This document shows, piece after piece, positions 27,651 to 37,457 of a stretch of DNA of 64,000 bases. The notes under the pieces were generated by a model. That model was not told where the DNA came from, made no database searches, and worked only from the letters and a program-made list of their open reading frames with translations. A program made the position numbers and the translations under genes. Positions within the stretch are counted from its first letter, which is position 1. The number at the start of each line of letters is the position of its first letter. This DNA is from a virus, in IMG/VR virus record IMGVR_UViG_3300021597_000002, positions 1 to 64,000 of that record; one strand, 5' to 3'.

Positions 27651-28806
27651 GACGGTCCTCAGCGTTTAACGCTTCCAACTCAGCCATACGTGCCGCTAAA
27701 AACTCTTCAGAGCTTTGCTGGTTGCCGAGCTGCAATTGTTTCTCGCGCTCTTCCACCAATTGAGGTGTAACTGCACCCGTTGGCAGTTCTGAATCGTCGT
27801 CATCACCTTCACCAAGCTCAAAGCGGATCTGAGCCAGTAGGTTAGGCGGAATATCTAACCCATTCGCACTGAGCATGTGCCCAGCGGTTAAAGCATCTAT
27901 CTCTTCATTAGCCAACTGATTAAAGACTGTCGACTTGATAGCCAATTGCTCGCTATACGTTAATGTGCTGCCTTGAAGCAGCTTTTGACGCAGTGACTCC
28001 AAGTTGGCAACGCGCCCCATCCAGCGGTCAATGACAGCATCCCAATCCACACGTTTCATTTTTATCGTGGTACCAAGTGGACCTATGTTGTCTTCAAAGA
28101 CTTCTGCACGCATTGCAGCATGGTTGAAGTAATCCGGCTTTTGAAAGTTAGGAAGCCCTTCTTCATCAGGACCAACAACAGGTGGAGGCTCATTCGCTGC
28201 TTCTTCGGCTCTTCTTGCTTGGTCTTCAGCAATTCGCTTCTCAATGTACTCTTGCTCCCCTTTCAATCGGAAAGCTTCTGCCAACTTGGCACGAGCCAAC
28301 GCTAACTCATGATCAATGCCGCCAGCTGCAGAGAATGCCGCCTCATAGGCTTCTGCCATTTCATCGGTTAGGTGTTGAGCGTACAGCCCGTGTTTACGAG
28401 CATTCGAATTACCAGCCTGACCACCTCTATTTCGTTTTGCACCAGCCTGAGAAAACGATCGATCACTATTGCGCGCGCGCTGCCCGTCAGAGTGATCATT
28501 ATTACCATTAACCCTTTGTTTGTTATTGGTTTTACCGCCTTTTTTTGATGTGCTTTTGTTGGTATTACGATCACTTAAACGATCATTATTAAGATCGTTT
28601 TTACGATCACTATCGTGGTCAATCGGCGCATGATCGGATACTTCAATCTTGCCTTTCCGGTATTGGGTAATCGCACGGGTAAGAGATCCGAGCGGAACCC
28701 CTTCATCTTCTGCGAAGTCTTTATTTTTGTACTTAGGGTCATCCTTCTGGCGCTGAAACAACAGCGCCAGTAGACTCGACCAATCGTAGGTGGGCTTTCT
28801 AGCCAT
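27640..28806 (-). CDS. pacA: Terminase small subunit (P1 PacA-like)
   Basis: N-terminal HTH, GGQAGNSNARKHGLY motif; overlaps pacB; contains the GATC cluster. Confidence 0.85.
   Translation of the reverse strand: MARKPTYDWSSLLALLFQRQKDDPKYKNKDFAEDEGVPLGSLTRAITQYRKGKIEVSDHAPIDHDSDRKNDLNNDRLSDRNTNKSTSKKGGKTNNKQRVNGNNDHSDGQRARNSDRSFSQAGAKRNRGGQAGNSNARKHGLYAQHLTDEMAEAYEAAFSAAGGIDHELALARAKLAEAFRLKGEQEYIEKRIAEDQARRAEEAANEPPPVVGPDEEGLPNFQKPDYFNHAAMRAEVFEDNIGPLGTTIKMKRVDWDAVIDRWMGRVANLESLRQKLLQGSTLTYSEQLAIKSTVFNQLANEEIDALTAGHMLSANGLDIPPNLLAQIRFELGEGDDDDSELPTGAVTPQLVEEREKQLQLGNQQSSEEFLAARMAELEALNAEDRHGS
28457..28635. other. Candidate pac (packaging initiation) site
   Basis: GATC at 28457, 28461, 28494 and at 28569, 28581, 28593, 28605, 28632, flanking an AT-rich spacer inside pacA, as in P1. 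Confidence 0.75.
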
Positions 28807-28818
28807 AGCTAACCTCTA

Positions 28819-29250
28819 CTACTGTGCTGCCGCTGCTTCAGCAATACAGTGATCGCACTTTGCTAGTAATTCATTTTCTTGAAGTAACCTCTTGTTTATC
28901 TCCTCCAATTTCCCTAATCGCTGAGACATTTCAGTAACTTGGTTTTCCAACTTACTGCGCTCTCGCTCCCATTCTCTGCGCTCACTTTCCAACTGCTTTG
29001 AATACAGGTCCTCAATAGCCTTAACACGTCTATCAAGGTCTTCCTGCAACTGCTTCATAACCTTTTGCTGTAACTCCACAACAGACGTAGCCCCTTGAAT
29101 CATGACCTCATCAGCCCGTTTCTCTTCGGTGGCGGCTTTGGCTTCATCAAGCGGCTTTTCCTGCCGTTTCTTCATAAAGTCCCAAAAACCAGCCCCAAGA
29201 ACGGCAGTGATCACGGGCACTAGGTAGTCTTTAAGTTCAGTCAACGCCAT
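28819..29250 (-). CDS. Single-TM coiled-coil protein in the lysis cassette (holin/antiholin-like)
   Basis: N-terminal TM segment, long coiled coil, terminal CxxC. Confidence 0.55.
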   Translation of the reverse strand: MALTELKDYLVPVITAVLGAGFWDFMKKRQEKPLDEAKAATEEKRADEVMIQGATSVVELQQKVMKQLQEDLDRRVKAIEDLYSKQLESERREWERERSKLENQVTEMSQRLGKLEEINKRLLQENELLAKCDHCIAEAAAAQ

Positions 29251-29527
29251 CCTGTGAACCCTCGTCCTCTACCCATTCACGAAGCGACTGTTTATCAACG
29301 TTACAGGCTTTAATGACAGCTTCACGTTCAGCACTTTGAACGATGGCATCTTTAAAGCTTTCTCCCTTCAGCTGGGCATCAGGGCAGTCTTTCAGCCACT
29401 CTGGCGGTGGATATTGTTTCTCTACAACGGTTTTAATGACCGTCACTGTCTTTGGCGGTACCGCCGAGCAACCGGATAACGCTGTCAGGCATCCGAGTAC
29501 GCAAACACGCAGACTCTTCCCCCTCAT
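29237..29527 (-). CDS. o-spanin (Rz1-like lipoprotein)
   Basis: Lipobox LSGC, PPPxWLxDC and CNxDK; overlaps the i-spanin gene. Confidence 0.85.
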   Translation of the reverse strand: MRGKSLRVCVLGCLTALSGCSAVPPKTVTVIKTVVEKQYPPPEWLKDCPDAQLKGESFKDAIVQSAEREAVIKACNVDKQSLREWVEDEGSQDGVD

Positions 29528-29831
29528 TGGCACTCTCCTCCTCAAGTTGAGCGAGTTTCCGTCCTAACTCGCTGTTACTCTTAGAAAGTTCACGCTCACG
29601 CTCTGCAGAAATCTTCCGCTCAAGGTCTCGCGCTTGCTTCATCTGAGTGATTTGCTCGTTGGACTGTTGCAATTCCTGCTTAAACTGGGCGTTAGTCTGC
29701 GCCAGCTTGGCATTCTCTTGCGTTTTGGCTTCTATCGTGGTCTCTAAGCCATTGATGGTGATGTACTGGACGCCTACGACGCCCAGTAACAAAGCCCCAA
29801 TGAGACCACCTGCGGCATACACAGGGTTCAT
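29433..29831 (-). CDS. i-spanin (Rz-like)
   Basis: N-terminal TM segment, coiled coil, C-terminal CLxTxMPDSVIRLL. Confidence 0.85.
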   Translation of the reverse strand: MNPVYAAGGLIGALLLGVVGVQYITINGLETTIEAKTQENAKLAQTNAQFKQELQQSNEQITQMKQARDLERKISAERERELSKSNSELGRKLAQLEEESANEGEESACLRTRMPDSVIRLLGGTAKDSDGH

Positions 29832-30436
29832 TTGAGCATCCTCATCTGCATCCAATACCGCCAGATACGCTCAACATAGGTCTTTGTCTCTTTCGAGTGA
29901 TGCCCTGTTACCTGCGGAAGACACCGGATAATGTCTTTGTAAGGAGCGGGATTACCACAAAGCTTTTGAGCCTTGAGGATCCAGCCACACCCTGCGTTGT
30001 AACAAGCCCATGCGAGCGATAAGCGGTCCGACATTGGACGGGGGGACTGCCATACATTCAACCTGCCTGCCATGTAGTAAGCAGCGGCTTCAATGTTGTG
30101 CTCTGGGCTATGCACCGACACACCATTAAAACCAAGCTGCCCCGACACCTCAGCCCATGTTGCAGGCATAAACTGCCCCAATCCTGCCGCCCCGACATAA
30201 CTGACAGCCTGCGGATCAAGAAGGCTCTCCTGATACAGTTGAGCCTTTAAAATCTCCATCCCATAGACCGCCTCATAAGCAGGAAGCCAGCGTTTAGCTG
30301 ACTTCTTGATCTGAGCGTCATATTTGTCAGGAAAGGACGCTGCCAAGGAGGAAACAGGTACTACCGAACATAACGCACTGGTAAATAGCAACAGAGCGGA
30401 AATCACCCTTTTCTTTAGCTTGCGCAATCCAGTCAT
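29828..30436 (-). CDS. Lytic transglycosylase endolysin with N-terminal signal/anchor
   Basis: QES, GAAGLGQFMPATW and YNAG SLT motifs. Confidence 0.9.
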   Translation of the reverse strand: MTGLRKLKKRVISALLLFTSALCSVVPVSSLAASFPDKYDAQIKKSAKRWLPAYEAVYGMEILKAQLYQESLLDPQAVSYVGAAGLGQFMPATWAEVSGQLGFNGVSVHSPEHNIEAAAYYMAGRLNVWQSPRPMSDRLSLAWACYNAGCGWILKAQKLCGNPAPYKDIIRCLPQVTGHHSKETKTYVERIWRYWMQMRMLK

Positions 30437-30575
30437 TTTTCACCCCGTCATCACCAAAAATAACCTTGCGCATCATGGTCATAACAACCAAAGCAAGGCA
30501 CAAAAACACCAACTTCATACCGATACCAGTCAGAGCAGTAGCGCCCATCGTGAATAGATTGATTGATTCAGGCAT
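30327..30575 (-). CDS. Putative holin (two TM segments)
   Basis: 82 aa hydrophobic protein, first in the lysis operon; GGAGG RBS. Confidence 0.65.
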   Translation of the reverse strand: MPESINLFTMGATALTGIGMKLVFLCLALVVMTMMRKVIFGDDGVKNDWIAQAKEKGDFRSVAIYQCVMFGSTCFLLGSVLS

Positions 30576-30621
30576 AAGCCCTCCGATTTATTAACAAAAA
30601 GACAGCGTTAGCTGAGCCTGT

Positions 30622-30666
30622 AGTTTGTTTCGACGGGGGATTTATCGCATCAACACGTTTTTATTG
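30622..30666 (-). promoter_or_regulatory. Candidate activator-dependent promoter of the lysis/packaging operon
   Basis: CAATA-N6-TGTTG (30651-30666), 23 nt, then CAAACT. Confidence 0.6.
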
Positions 30667-30888
30667 ACCTGCGGCGGACTAGAGCGTGAATCCTCCTACA
30701 CAACAGATTCACTCAGGCTATGCAAAGCCACGCCACGTAAGGGTTTGAGGAAATAAGAAGCAAAACAGAGATTACGCGCCAGTCTCATTTTTTATCTGGC
30801 TTTTCTGGTGAAATTTAGGCATAAAAAAACCAGCTTAATGCTGGCTTGGTGTAATATGCGCTGCGTTTATATAAGACTAGGAGGAACC

Positions 30889-31197
30889 ATGACGATAGGC
30901 GCCGCTCTCTATGAACTAGATTCTGAACTACGTTTAGCCTTTATTAGAATAGAAGAATCTGAGACACCACAGGACATGGAGGCTCTCTTTGTATCTATGT
31001 GTCACACTGTCACAAGTGCCAATCAAATTATCATTGAAGCCGAAGCCTATAATCTACTTGATACATTTTATGGGTGTGCGAATCCTAGCTACCATCCACT
31101 AATAGAGCAGCTTTACCTAGAATATTTTTCAGAACTGAACTCAGAAGCAATAGATCAAGCCTATTTAAAATCTGAATTCAATTCTTTATTAATATAA
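30889..31197 (+). CDS. AT-rich acidic hypothetical protein on the opposite strand
   Basis: AGGAGGA RBS before ATG 30889. Confidence 0.65.
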   Translation: MTIGAALYELDSELRLAFIRIEESETPQDMEALFVSMCHTVTSANQIIIEAEAYNLLDTFYGCANPSYHPLIEQLYLEYFSELNSEAIDQAYLKSEFNSLLI

Positions 31198-31220
31198 ATC
31201 AGTCATTTAGTGAGCAACTA

Positions 31221-31451
31221 TTAGCCAACTACCTTTAGGACTACAAACCCGTCACATAAAAGCTCGATTATCCTTTGATGGTATAGCTCCGTTGGCTTGC
31301 TTACTTCCCAAATTCTTTCATATTCAGGCAGAACTTGTTTTCGATTTATTTTTAACTCTTCAAACTCAAGGCTTCCCTCAGAGTTTCTATGTTTCTTTAC
31401 GCAAATAAGAACCGCTTCACGCCACTGAGAGCTATTTTTTTTACACATCAA
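31221..31451 (-). CDS. Hypothetical protein
   Basis: Last ORF of the leftward operon; AGGGGA RBS. Confidence 0.55.
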   Translation of the reverse strand: MMCKKNSSQWREAVLICVKKHRNSEGSLEFEELKINRKQVLPEYERIWEVSKPTELYHQRIIELLCDGFVVLKVVG

Positions 31452-31457
31452 GTCCCC

Positions 31458-31784
31458 TTATTTATGCTGATTTTTCAGATATTCTACATTCGCTTCTCTA
31501 GCTGCAATCATGCTGGTAAATGTCAAAACACTGATATGGTCATTATCATCAAGCGCCTTTCGTCGGTAAGAATACAGCTCGTCGATAGAGCAAACCTCTT
31601 CATTCCACCAGCCATACCGCCCTTTTTGACGGTACTGGTTGAGTTTTTCTGCCATCTGGGCTTGAGCGCCTATTAGCAGCTGAGCATCAGCAAACTCTTC
31701 ATGCATCGCCTGAGTAACAACACTACTTGAACGAAAATCAGGACGTGTAACCAGCTTCATTATTTCTGCAAAGAAGTTTCTCAT
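31458..31784 (-). CDS. Hypothetical protein
   Basis: Start overlaps the upstream stop; MAEKL...KGRYGW motif. Confidence 0.7.
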   Translation of the reverse strand: MRNFFAEIMKLVTRPDFRSSSVVTQAMHEEFADAQLLIGAQAQMAEKLNQYRQKGRYGWWNEEVCSIDELYSYRRKALDDNDHISVLTFTSMIAAREANVEYLKNQHK

Positions 31785-32545
31785 GCTGCACTCTCCTGTT
31801 GTTTTAGCTCTTCAACAACCAATGATATGTTCTTGTTGATGACCTCGAACTCTATTACCCAAACATACGGGTTAGCATCCCAATCGCTATAAATGCCATT
31901 CCATAGATTTTTGAACCACGTAACCGGCTTTTGGTACCAACTCAAGCCAGATTCAACAGCCATACGCTGACATTCTTCATCAGTTGGCATCCCCTCAAGA
32001 ACAGCTTGTGCTTCAGTAATATCCTGAACCTGTTCAATACGGACATCCGTTACCTTTAATGTGATTCTACTTGCTGCTTTTGGCATGTGAATTGACGGGT
32101 GCCATGCTGATATTTCTTCTTCAAAATCATCACACCAGCGCATTTCACCATCAGCACGATAAATTACGTTCCCTGTGTAATAGCCCTTGCCGTACTTCAG
32201 CTCTCTTACTGGTAAAGCTGGTCTATCTGGCGTCCATTCAACCATATTGCCGTCTTCATCAAATGAGTGATTCACAACGCCCCACGTTTCACGAACCCAA
32301 ACTAGATCACCAACAAAGCAGGGAGCAGTAACAAGATCTGACTGAGGGAAATCAGCCCCTACCCCTCGACGTATTAACGCGCCCCACTTGCCCTTTTTAG
32401 GATGAGAACTGGTGATTTTTGATGGTTTGCGGTCATGAAGCTCCCAGCCATCAGGGATAACTAAGGGACGACGAGTAACTAACTTTCGCCCGTCCAACAA
32501 CGCATTAACCATATCGGCAGTAAATGGAAGGTATGTTTCTTTCAT
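31781..32545 (-). CDS. ASCH/PUA-like phage protein
   Basis: MVxALLDGRKxVTRR, GDLVWVRETW, WHPSIHMP, NPYVWVIEF. Confidence 0.8.
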   Translation of the reverse strand: MKETYLPFTADMVNALLDGRKLVTRRPLVIPDGWELHDRKPSKITSSHPKKGKWGALIRRGVGADFPQSDLVTAPCFVGDLVWVRETWGVVNHSFDEDGNMVEWTPDRPALPVRELKYGKGYYTGNVIYRADGEMRWCDDFEEEISAWHPSIHMPKAASRITLKVTDVRIEQVQDITEAQAVLEGMPTDEECQRMAVESGLSWYQKPVTWFKNLWNGIYSDWDANPYVWVIEFEVINKNISLVVEELKQQESAA

Positions 32546-32547
32546 AG

Positions 32548-33006
32548 TTAACAACCCTCCAAATCAATTAACTCAACTTCAATACTGGATAAGTTAGAAA
32601 AGCTGTCACAACCATTTAGCGACACACAATTGAACCCATTGCTTTTACAAATCACGTCATTCATCTTGCTTGTCAGATCGTCTTTTTCAAACCATTCATC
32701 TTTAACAACCGAAACAACCAGATCGCGCAACTCTTTTACATCCTCACTTAGCTGAGTTCGAAACCCATCCATTGAAAAATGCACTTGCCCATTTTCAACC
32801 TCTCCCTCTTCCAAAGAATTAACCGATACACGATCACATTCATCAGCCAGCTCTAACAGGTACTCGATAAACTCTGGAGTCTGCCAATAACCCAAAACTT
32901 CGCCATCTTCCTTAACTGCACGGTCAGAACCTTTTCTTGTTTCTCTCAGTGCTGCTGCCACTTGTTTCAACGCCACTTCTGGCTTGTTATTCAATAGTTT
33001 TTCCAT
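32548..33006 (-). CDS. Hypothetical protein
   Basis: ORF in an operon with AAGGA RBS. Confidence 0.7.
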   Translation of the reverse strand: MEKLLNNKPEVALKQVAAALRETRKGSDRAVKEDGEVLGYWQTPEFIEYLLELADECDRVSVNSLEEGEVENGQVHFSMDGFRTQLSEDVKELRDLVVSVVKDEWFEKDDLTSKMNDVICKSNGFNCVSLNGCDSFSNLSSIEVELIDLEGC

Positions 33007-33017
33007 ATCCTTAGCAC

Positions 33018-34769
33018 CTAAATAACTTCTCTAAGCAGCTCTACGTCTGCATCGTTGAGCGATTTCGCTTTCTCTGGCACTTTCACACCACGGCTTGCCA
33101 AATAGTTCTCTGCAAGCTTCTTGATACGGTCTGTATCTACCTGCTTACCAACCACCTTAGAACCAGGGTCTTGAATGCCTCGGGCTTGTGATGATTTCAC
33201 CCCCAAGATAGAGAGGATTTCCGGATCACTGCCGTATTGAGTCACCGCATGGAACACAAACACTGAGTCTTCCTGCCCGTCACGGTCCAAACGACCAATG
33301 CACTGGGTCATAACCTGCGGACTCCAATCCTCTTCACCAAAGATGACCGTTGAACAACGATGCTGAATGCCGTCAGTACCTGCCCCAGAACGAAGACTCA
33401 TAATCAAAAGGTCTGACTCACCATTGATGAACGCTTTCTTGTTTCGCTCCTTCTGGGTTTGACTCTCAGAGCCGGTATAAAACAGAGGATTAAGGTCTGC
33501 GAGGTCCTTAGCCCATATGTCATAAACGCCCCTATGCCAGCCAAATAGAACGACAGGGGTTCCAGACTCTATAAACATTCGTACATAGGCAGCGACACTG
33601 TGAGCCTTTGCTATGCCCGTCATTTCGCGCATCTTGAGGTCAAAGTCTCGTGCTGCTTGTCCTCGTTCAACATAAGAGCCGGATAAGGTTTTCACCGCTA
33701 ATTGTTCGGCTAACACTTCCATATCAGCAACTTTCTTCATGTTTGGAGCCACCCACTCAATATGCGGCTCTAACTGCTTAGCAACCTGACCAACATCTGC
33801 CTTCGTGCGACGAATAAGCACTCTTGACTCTCTCAAGTACGAACCAAGCGCATCAGGGTCCGCCACAACCCCCTTATCGTTGGCGACTCCATAATCACGA
33901 GTACACCATTCACGCAAGAACTCATCACGGCTACCTAGCACTTCTGGCTTAATCATGTTGCTAATATTGAAAGCTTCAATGCCGTAGTTGTAGATAAGCG
34001 TTGCTGTTAAACCGACAACCATTGATACGTTCTGGTTGATAACAAACGCCGCCATACCTCGCTGGCTTTCCTCTCCACGTCTTAGCTGTTGAACTTCGTC
34101 ATATACGATGGCTTTTACCCATCCTGCGGACAATACATCTACCCATGACGACAGCTGACTGTACTTAAAAACATAGATATCAGCTTGCGGCAGCTTGTAT
34201 GGCTTATTACCTTTCGCTTTATGGACCGCTAGGTTGATAAACTCAGCTGCTTTTTCACACCACTGATCTTGTAAGTGCGGCTCCACCACAATTACCAGTG
34301 GCAAAGCATCAGGAAGTAGACCTACCCCTAAACCAAGGTATGTCTTACCTAGACCAACATCATCAATAACCAAAAGACGCTTAACCGATTCGAGCAGATC
34401 AAGCCCAACCAATTGATAATCACGAAGCGACTGATTAGGCATTAATCCTGCGCGTACTGCAGGCGTGTAATCAGGAAGCAAAATAGAGTGCGCCTCTTCC
34501 TGCTTCTTATGGTATTCACGACTGCGTTTTTTTAAGTACCTTATATCTTTATCAGACGCTTTTAGTGCATACCTCTGAGTAAACCAAAGAAGATCTGCCG
34601 CCACTTCTTGAGAGTCCTGAAGCGAAAACAACTTCGCTTGATGCTTTGGGATCTTAGGGAAAAGCTGTTTAAGGCGTATTGCCACATGAGGCTCGATATC
34701 CACAAGCTCCCAACGAGTATCAGAACGGCGCAACGCTCCAAAGGTTCGATTAATAACGAGTTTGCTCAT
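33018..34769 (-). CDS. SNF2/SWI2-family helicase/translocase
   Basis: LRDYQ, DDVGLGKT, DEVQ, LTAT and QCIGRLDRDGQ. Confidence 0.9.
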   Translation of the reverse strand: MSKLVINRTFGALRRSDTRWELVDIEPHVAIRLKQLFPKIPKHQAKLFSLQDSQEVAADLLWFTQRYALKASDKDIRYLKKRSREYHKKQEEAHSILLPDYTPAVRAGLMPNQSLRDYQLVGLDLLESVKRLLVIDDVGLGKTYLGLGVGLLPDALPLVIVVEPHLQDQWCEKAAEFINLAVHKAKGNKPYKLPQADIYVFKYSQLSSWVDVLSAGWVKAIVYDEVQQLRRGEESQRGMAAFVINQNVSMVVGLTATLIYNYGIEAFNISNMIKPEVLGSRDEFLREWCTRDYGVANDKGVVADPDALGSYLRESRVLIRRTKADVGQVAKQLEPHIEWVAPNMKKVADMEVLAEQLAVKTLSGSYVERGQAARDFDLKMREMTGIAKAHSVAAYVRMFIESGTPVVLFGWHRGVYDIWAKDLADLNPLFYTGSESQTQKERNKKAFINGESDLLIMSLRSGAGTDGIQHRCSTVIFGEEDWSPQVMTQCIGRLDRDGQEDSVFVFHAVTQYGSDPEILSILGVKSSQARGIQDPGSKVVGKQVDTDRIKKLAENYLASRGVKVPEKAKSLNDADVELLREVI

Positions 34770-35167
34770 AGCCCGTTCTCCCCTAAGTGATAAAAGCGCG
34801 TTGGCTTACCCTCAATTTGTTCTGGCAAACCTTGCGGTCTCGCTGTAGCCAATATCAATCCAGAAATTTCAGGATTCAGACAGTAGCGCTCACACTGACG
34901 ATAAACGCCCATCTTGTTCCAAGCCTTAGATGCTTTGACTTCCAAACCGATCCCAGAATTGGGAAAGAAGAAGTCGATGATGCTACGACCATCAGATAAA
35001 CGATATTCACGCTCAAATCGAAGCCCTAGATTAGAGAAGTGCTCCTCTAAGTACTCTTGGCATACTTTCTCATCCGCAAACTCATATTTGCCTTTGCGAA
35101 GTATGACGATCAAGGCTTCAAGCTTATCGTTGAGGCAGATTGACTCTGCCCCGACTTTGTTTTGCAT
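34766..35167 (-). CDS. PD-(D/E)xK nuclease-fold protein
   Basis: EREY...IDFF...LEVK...QCERY; stop overlaps the helicase start. Confidence 0.75.
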   Translation of the reverse strand: MQNKVGAESICLNDKLEALIVILRKGKYEFADEKVCQEYLEEHFSNLGLRFEREYRLSDGRSIIDFFFPNSGIGLEVKASKAWNKMGVYRQCERYCLNPEISGLILATARPQGLPEQIEGKPTRFYHLGENGL

Positions 35168-35179
35168 AGTCCCAGCTCC

Positions 35180-35662
35180 TTAGCTATTGCCCAAGCCGGA
35201 CAAGAAGCTATAAAGCTCTTCCCAGTTTTCGTTGTCATAATGAGCCACCAGCTCGTCCCAATGAGAAGCTATATCTCTCCACTCATGACCGGTGGTTAGC
35301 ATCAGGAACACTTTCTTCTCAAATCCAAGCGCTCGGACCATGCGAAGGCAGCGACCGAAATCATCCGCGTCATGAGGGTATGAATAACTTTGCACCGGCA
35401 ATCGTGTAGCGCCCCCGTCAATGGCATAAGCCATGTACTTCGAGCTAGTTCCAGTATCGTCACATTCAAACCATTCAGAGATAGACATACCATCCCTTAC
35501 TTTTACAGGCTCCCTGCCGCACTCATCCACGACTAAATTTGCCGCCTTGATAACCGTATTAAAGATGCTTGGGCAGAAAGGCATGTTAGGACATTGGCGC
35601 GATAACTCTGCATTGATGGCATTAACTAAGCCCATTTGGTCGATAGAAATAGGATCGTGCAT
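35180..35662 (-). CDS. Phage hypothetical protein
   Basis: DTGTSSK and YPHDADDFGRC motifs. Confidence 0.75.
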   Translation of the reverse strand: MHDPISIDQMGLVNAINAELSRQCPNMPFCPSIFNTVIKAANLVVDECGREPVKVRDGMSISEWFECDDTGTSSKYMAYAIDGGATRLPVQSYSYPHDADDFGRCLRMVRALGFEKKVFLMLTTGHEWRDIASHWDELVAHYDNENWEELYSFLSGLGNS

Positions 35663-35664
35663 GG

Positions 35665-36165
35665 TTATGACCTCTTACCCTGATTTTGTTTTACAACGTT
35701 TATCAATTCCAAAGGTGACTTAAAATCACCGGATGTCGACTCTGCTATACCTGCATGTTTAAGAAATCCACATTCTTCCCAACCGTAGAGGTGATGTGGG
35801 CACTCTTCCTTGTCGAGAGGCTTATAGCCTTTATGCCACGCCCACACTTCTGCACCAGCAATCATGTAAGCCGCTAAAGTCATTCCGTATTCAATAGGGG
35901 TTTTAACTTCCACTGAAGTATTAATAAGAACGTTGCGAAGCAATGAATCATCGCTACTCGTCTGCATAGACAAATCATTGCGAACTATGCGCGTTTCATC
36001 TAGCGAATCAAAACAATCGTCTGTCCACTCATCAGAACCAACAACAAAACGAGTACCATTCCAAAATGAGACTAACCATTCATTAGTTAGTCCCTTATCT
36101 CTCAGGTGACGACCAAAATGAACCCAGTAATAACCAATTTCTCTTGTTATTTGCGCCTCCATCAT
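35665..36165 (-). CDS. Hypothetical protein
   Basis: Start overlaps the upstream stop; GYYWV motif. Confidence 0.65.
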   Translation of the reverse strand: MMEAQITREIGYYWVHFGRHLRDKGLTNEWLVSFWNGTRFVVGSDEWTDDCFDSLDETRIVRNDLSMQTSSDDSLLRNVLINTSVEVKTPIEYGMTLAAYMIAGAEVWAWHKGYKPLDKEECPHHLYGWEECGFLKHAGIAESTSGDFKSPLELINVVKQNQGKRS

Positions 36166-36404
36166 TTCGAACCCTCTTTCTCTTCAAAGGTAACAACTTG
36201 AGGTCGAATGATTTCAGAGACATTTTCACAGCGAACCCATTCAATCTCCCATGGGTCAAACTCTTCATCATCAGCCGGCTTTTCTGGAAGCAAGCCAAAC
36301 AAACGCTCAGGGAAACTGCATGAAACGATAAACTTCCGCTCTCCATCATGCATGGCATACATGTTTCCAGTGAATCCAGTATTATCAAACTGTTCAGGCG
36401 TCAT
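36162..36404 (-). CDS. Hypothetical protein
   Basis: Start overlaps the ndpA stop. Confidence 0.65.
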   Translation of the reverse strand: MTPEQFDNTGFTGNMYAMHDGERKFIVSCSFPERLFGLLPEKPADDEEFDPWEIEWVRCENVSEIIRPQVVTFEEKEGSK

Positions 36405-37408
36405 TTTGCACCCCCTTGACGAGACAACTGATCACGAAGGTTAGGCGGGGTTCCCTTGATGGTAAGAGTGTCGGTTTCCGCATCATAGAAAACACGCTCG
36501 CCTAGCAACAGCGCGTCAAAGGTAAGATTGATGCCGCCACCAGCACCAACAAACTTTGTAAGCTTACGAACACAGGCAGAATCTACAGGAAAGCTTTCTT
36601 CTAGTTCATAACCCTGATCTTGGGTGTAATTAACGAACGAACCTACGTCACCGAAGTCTGGCAGCTCACCTGACAGCTCTTTAACGCAAACTTCTTCACC
36701 AAGTTTCTTTTGTCCATTGCAGTAGTCATGAACTTGCTTCTTAACGGACATCTTTTCTTCGCGGTCTAACTTCGCATCCGCACAGAAATCTTCAACCGCC
36801 TGCATGAGAACTTGGTTTTGTTGCTTTGCATCGAAGCCAACTTCTGCCTGCAGAAAATCAAGGAAGAAGTCTGACACCTTACGACCTACACGCCCTTTGA
36901 TGAATGATAGGTAGCGATTTGATTCTGTATCCGTTTCAAATGTCGACAGGTCCACTACAGCGGCAAGATCCATCTTGGCAATATCCAGATAAGCCGTAGC
37001 ACTTAGGCTTAGGTTGTCCATTACGGTCATACCAGAGTTAGATGAAACTAAGCCCACCAGTAAGTAATCAGTTGCCAATGATTGATACTGAGCAAAAACA
37101 AGTGTGCCCTCATCAGCAAATGGGTATTTGCTTAGTTCATTTTTAAGTCGGATTGCGCCTGTCTTAGAGAACTCATAGAAAGGAGCATTACCTTTACGGC
37201 AATCAATTAACCACTGCTTGAACTCACTATCCGACTGAAATTGTCCGTAGCCCTTGGTTTTACCCGAATAAGCGCGATGAAGCTCTTCTACTAGCGCTTC
37301 ATACGCAGGCTGGATTGGATGATGGTGATTACCGTAGTTAACCGTCAATTCGTCTTGTTCGTTTTTAACCAACTGGTGTAGAGCAACTGCATTCAGTGAA
37401 ATACTCAT
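36401..37408 (-). CDS. yejK: Nucleoid-associated protein NdpA/YejK
   Basis: ALHQLVK, RYLSFIKGRVGRKVSDFFLDFL and DTLTIKGTPPNLRDQL. Confidence 0.95.
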   Translation of the reverse strand: MSISLNAVALHQLVKNEQDELTVNYGNHHHPIQPAYEALVEELHRAYSGKTKGYGQFQSDSEFKQWLIDCRKGNAPFYEFSKTGAIRLKNELSKYPFADEGTLVFAQYQSLATDYLLVGLVSSNSGMTVMDNLSLSATAYLDIAKMDLAAVVDLSTFETDTESNRYLSFIKGRVGRKVSDFFLDFLQAEVGFDAKQQNQVLMQAVEDFCADAKLDREEKMSVKKQVHDYCNGQKKLGEEVCVKELSGELPDFGDVGSFVNYTQDQGYELEESFPVDSACVRKLTKFVGAGGGINLTFDALLLGERVFYDAETDTLTIKGTPPNLRDQLSRQGGAK

Positions 37409-37457
37409 TGGGTTTCCTTCTTTGTGTGATTTAAAGGGTTTTGGTCAGGGTCTGTAA

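Noticed and set aside
30722-30748. Possible recombinase-associated site AAAGCC...GGGTTT
   Set aside because: Weak inverted repeat, no convincing second copy, and not adjacent to a recombinase gene.
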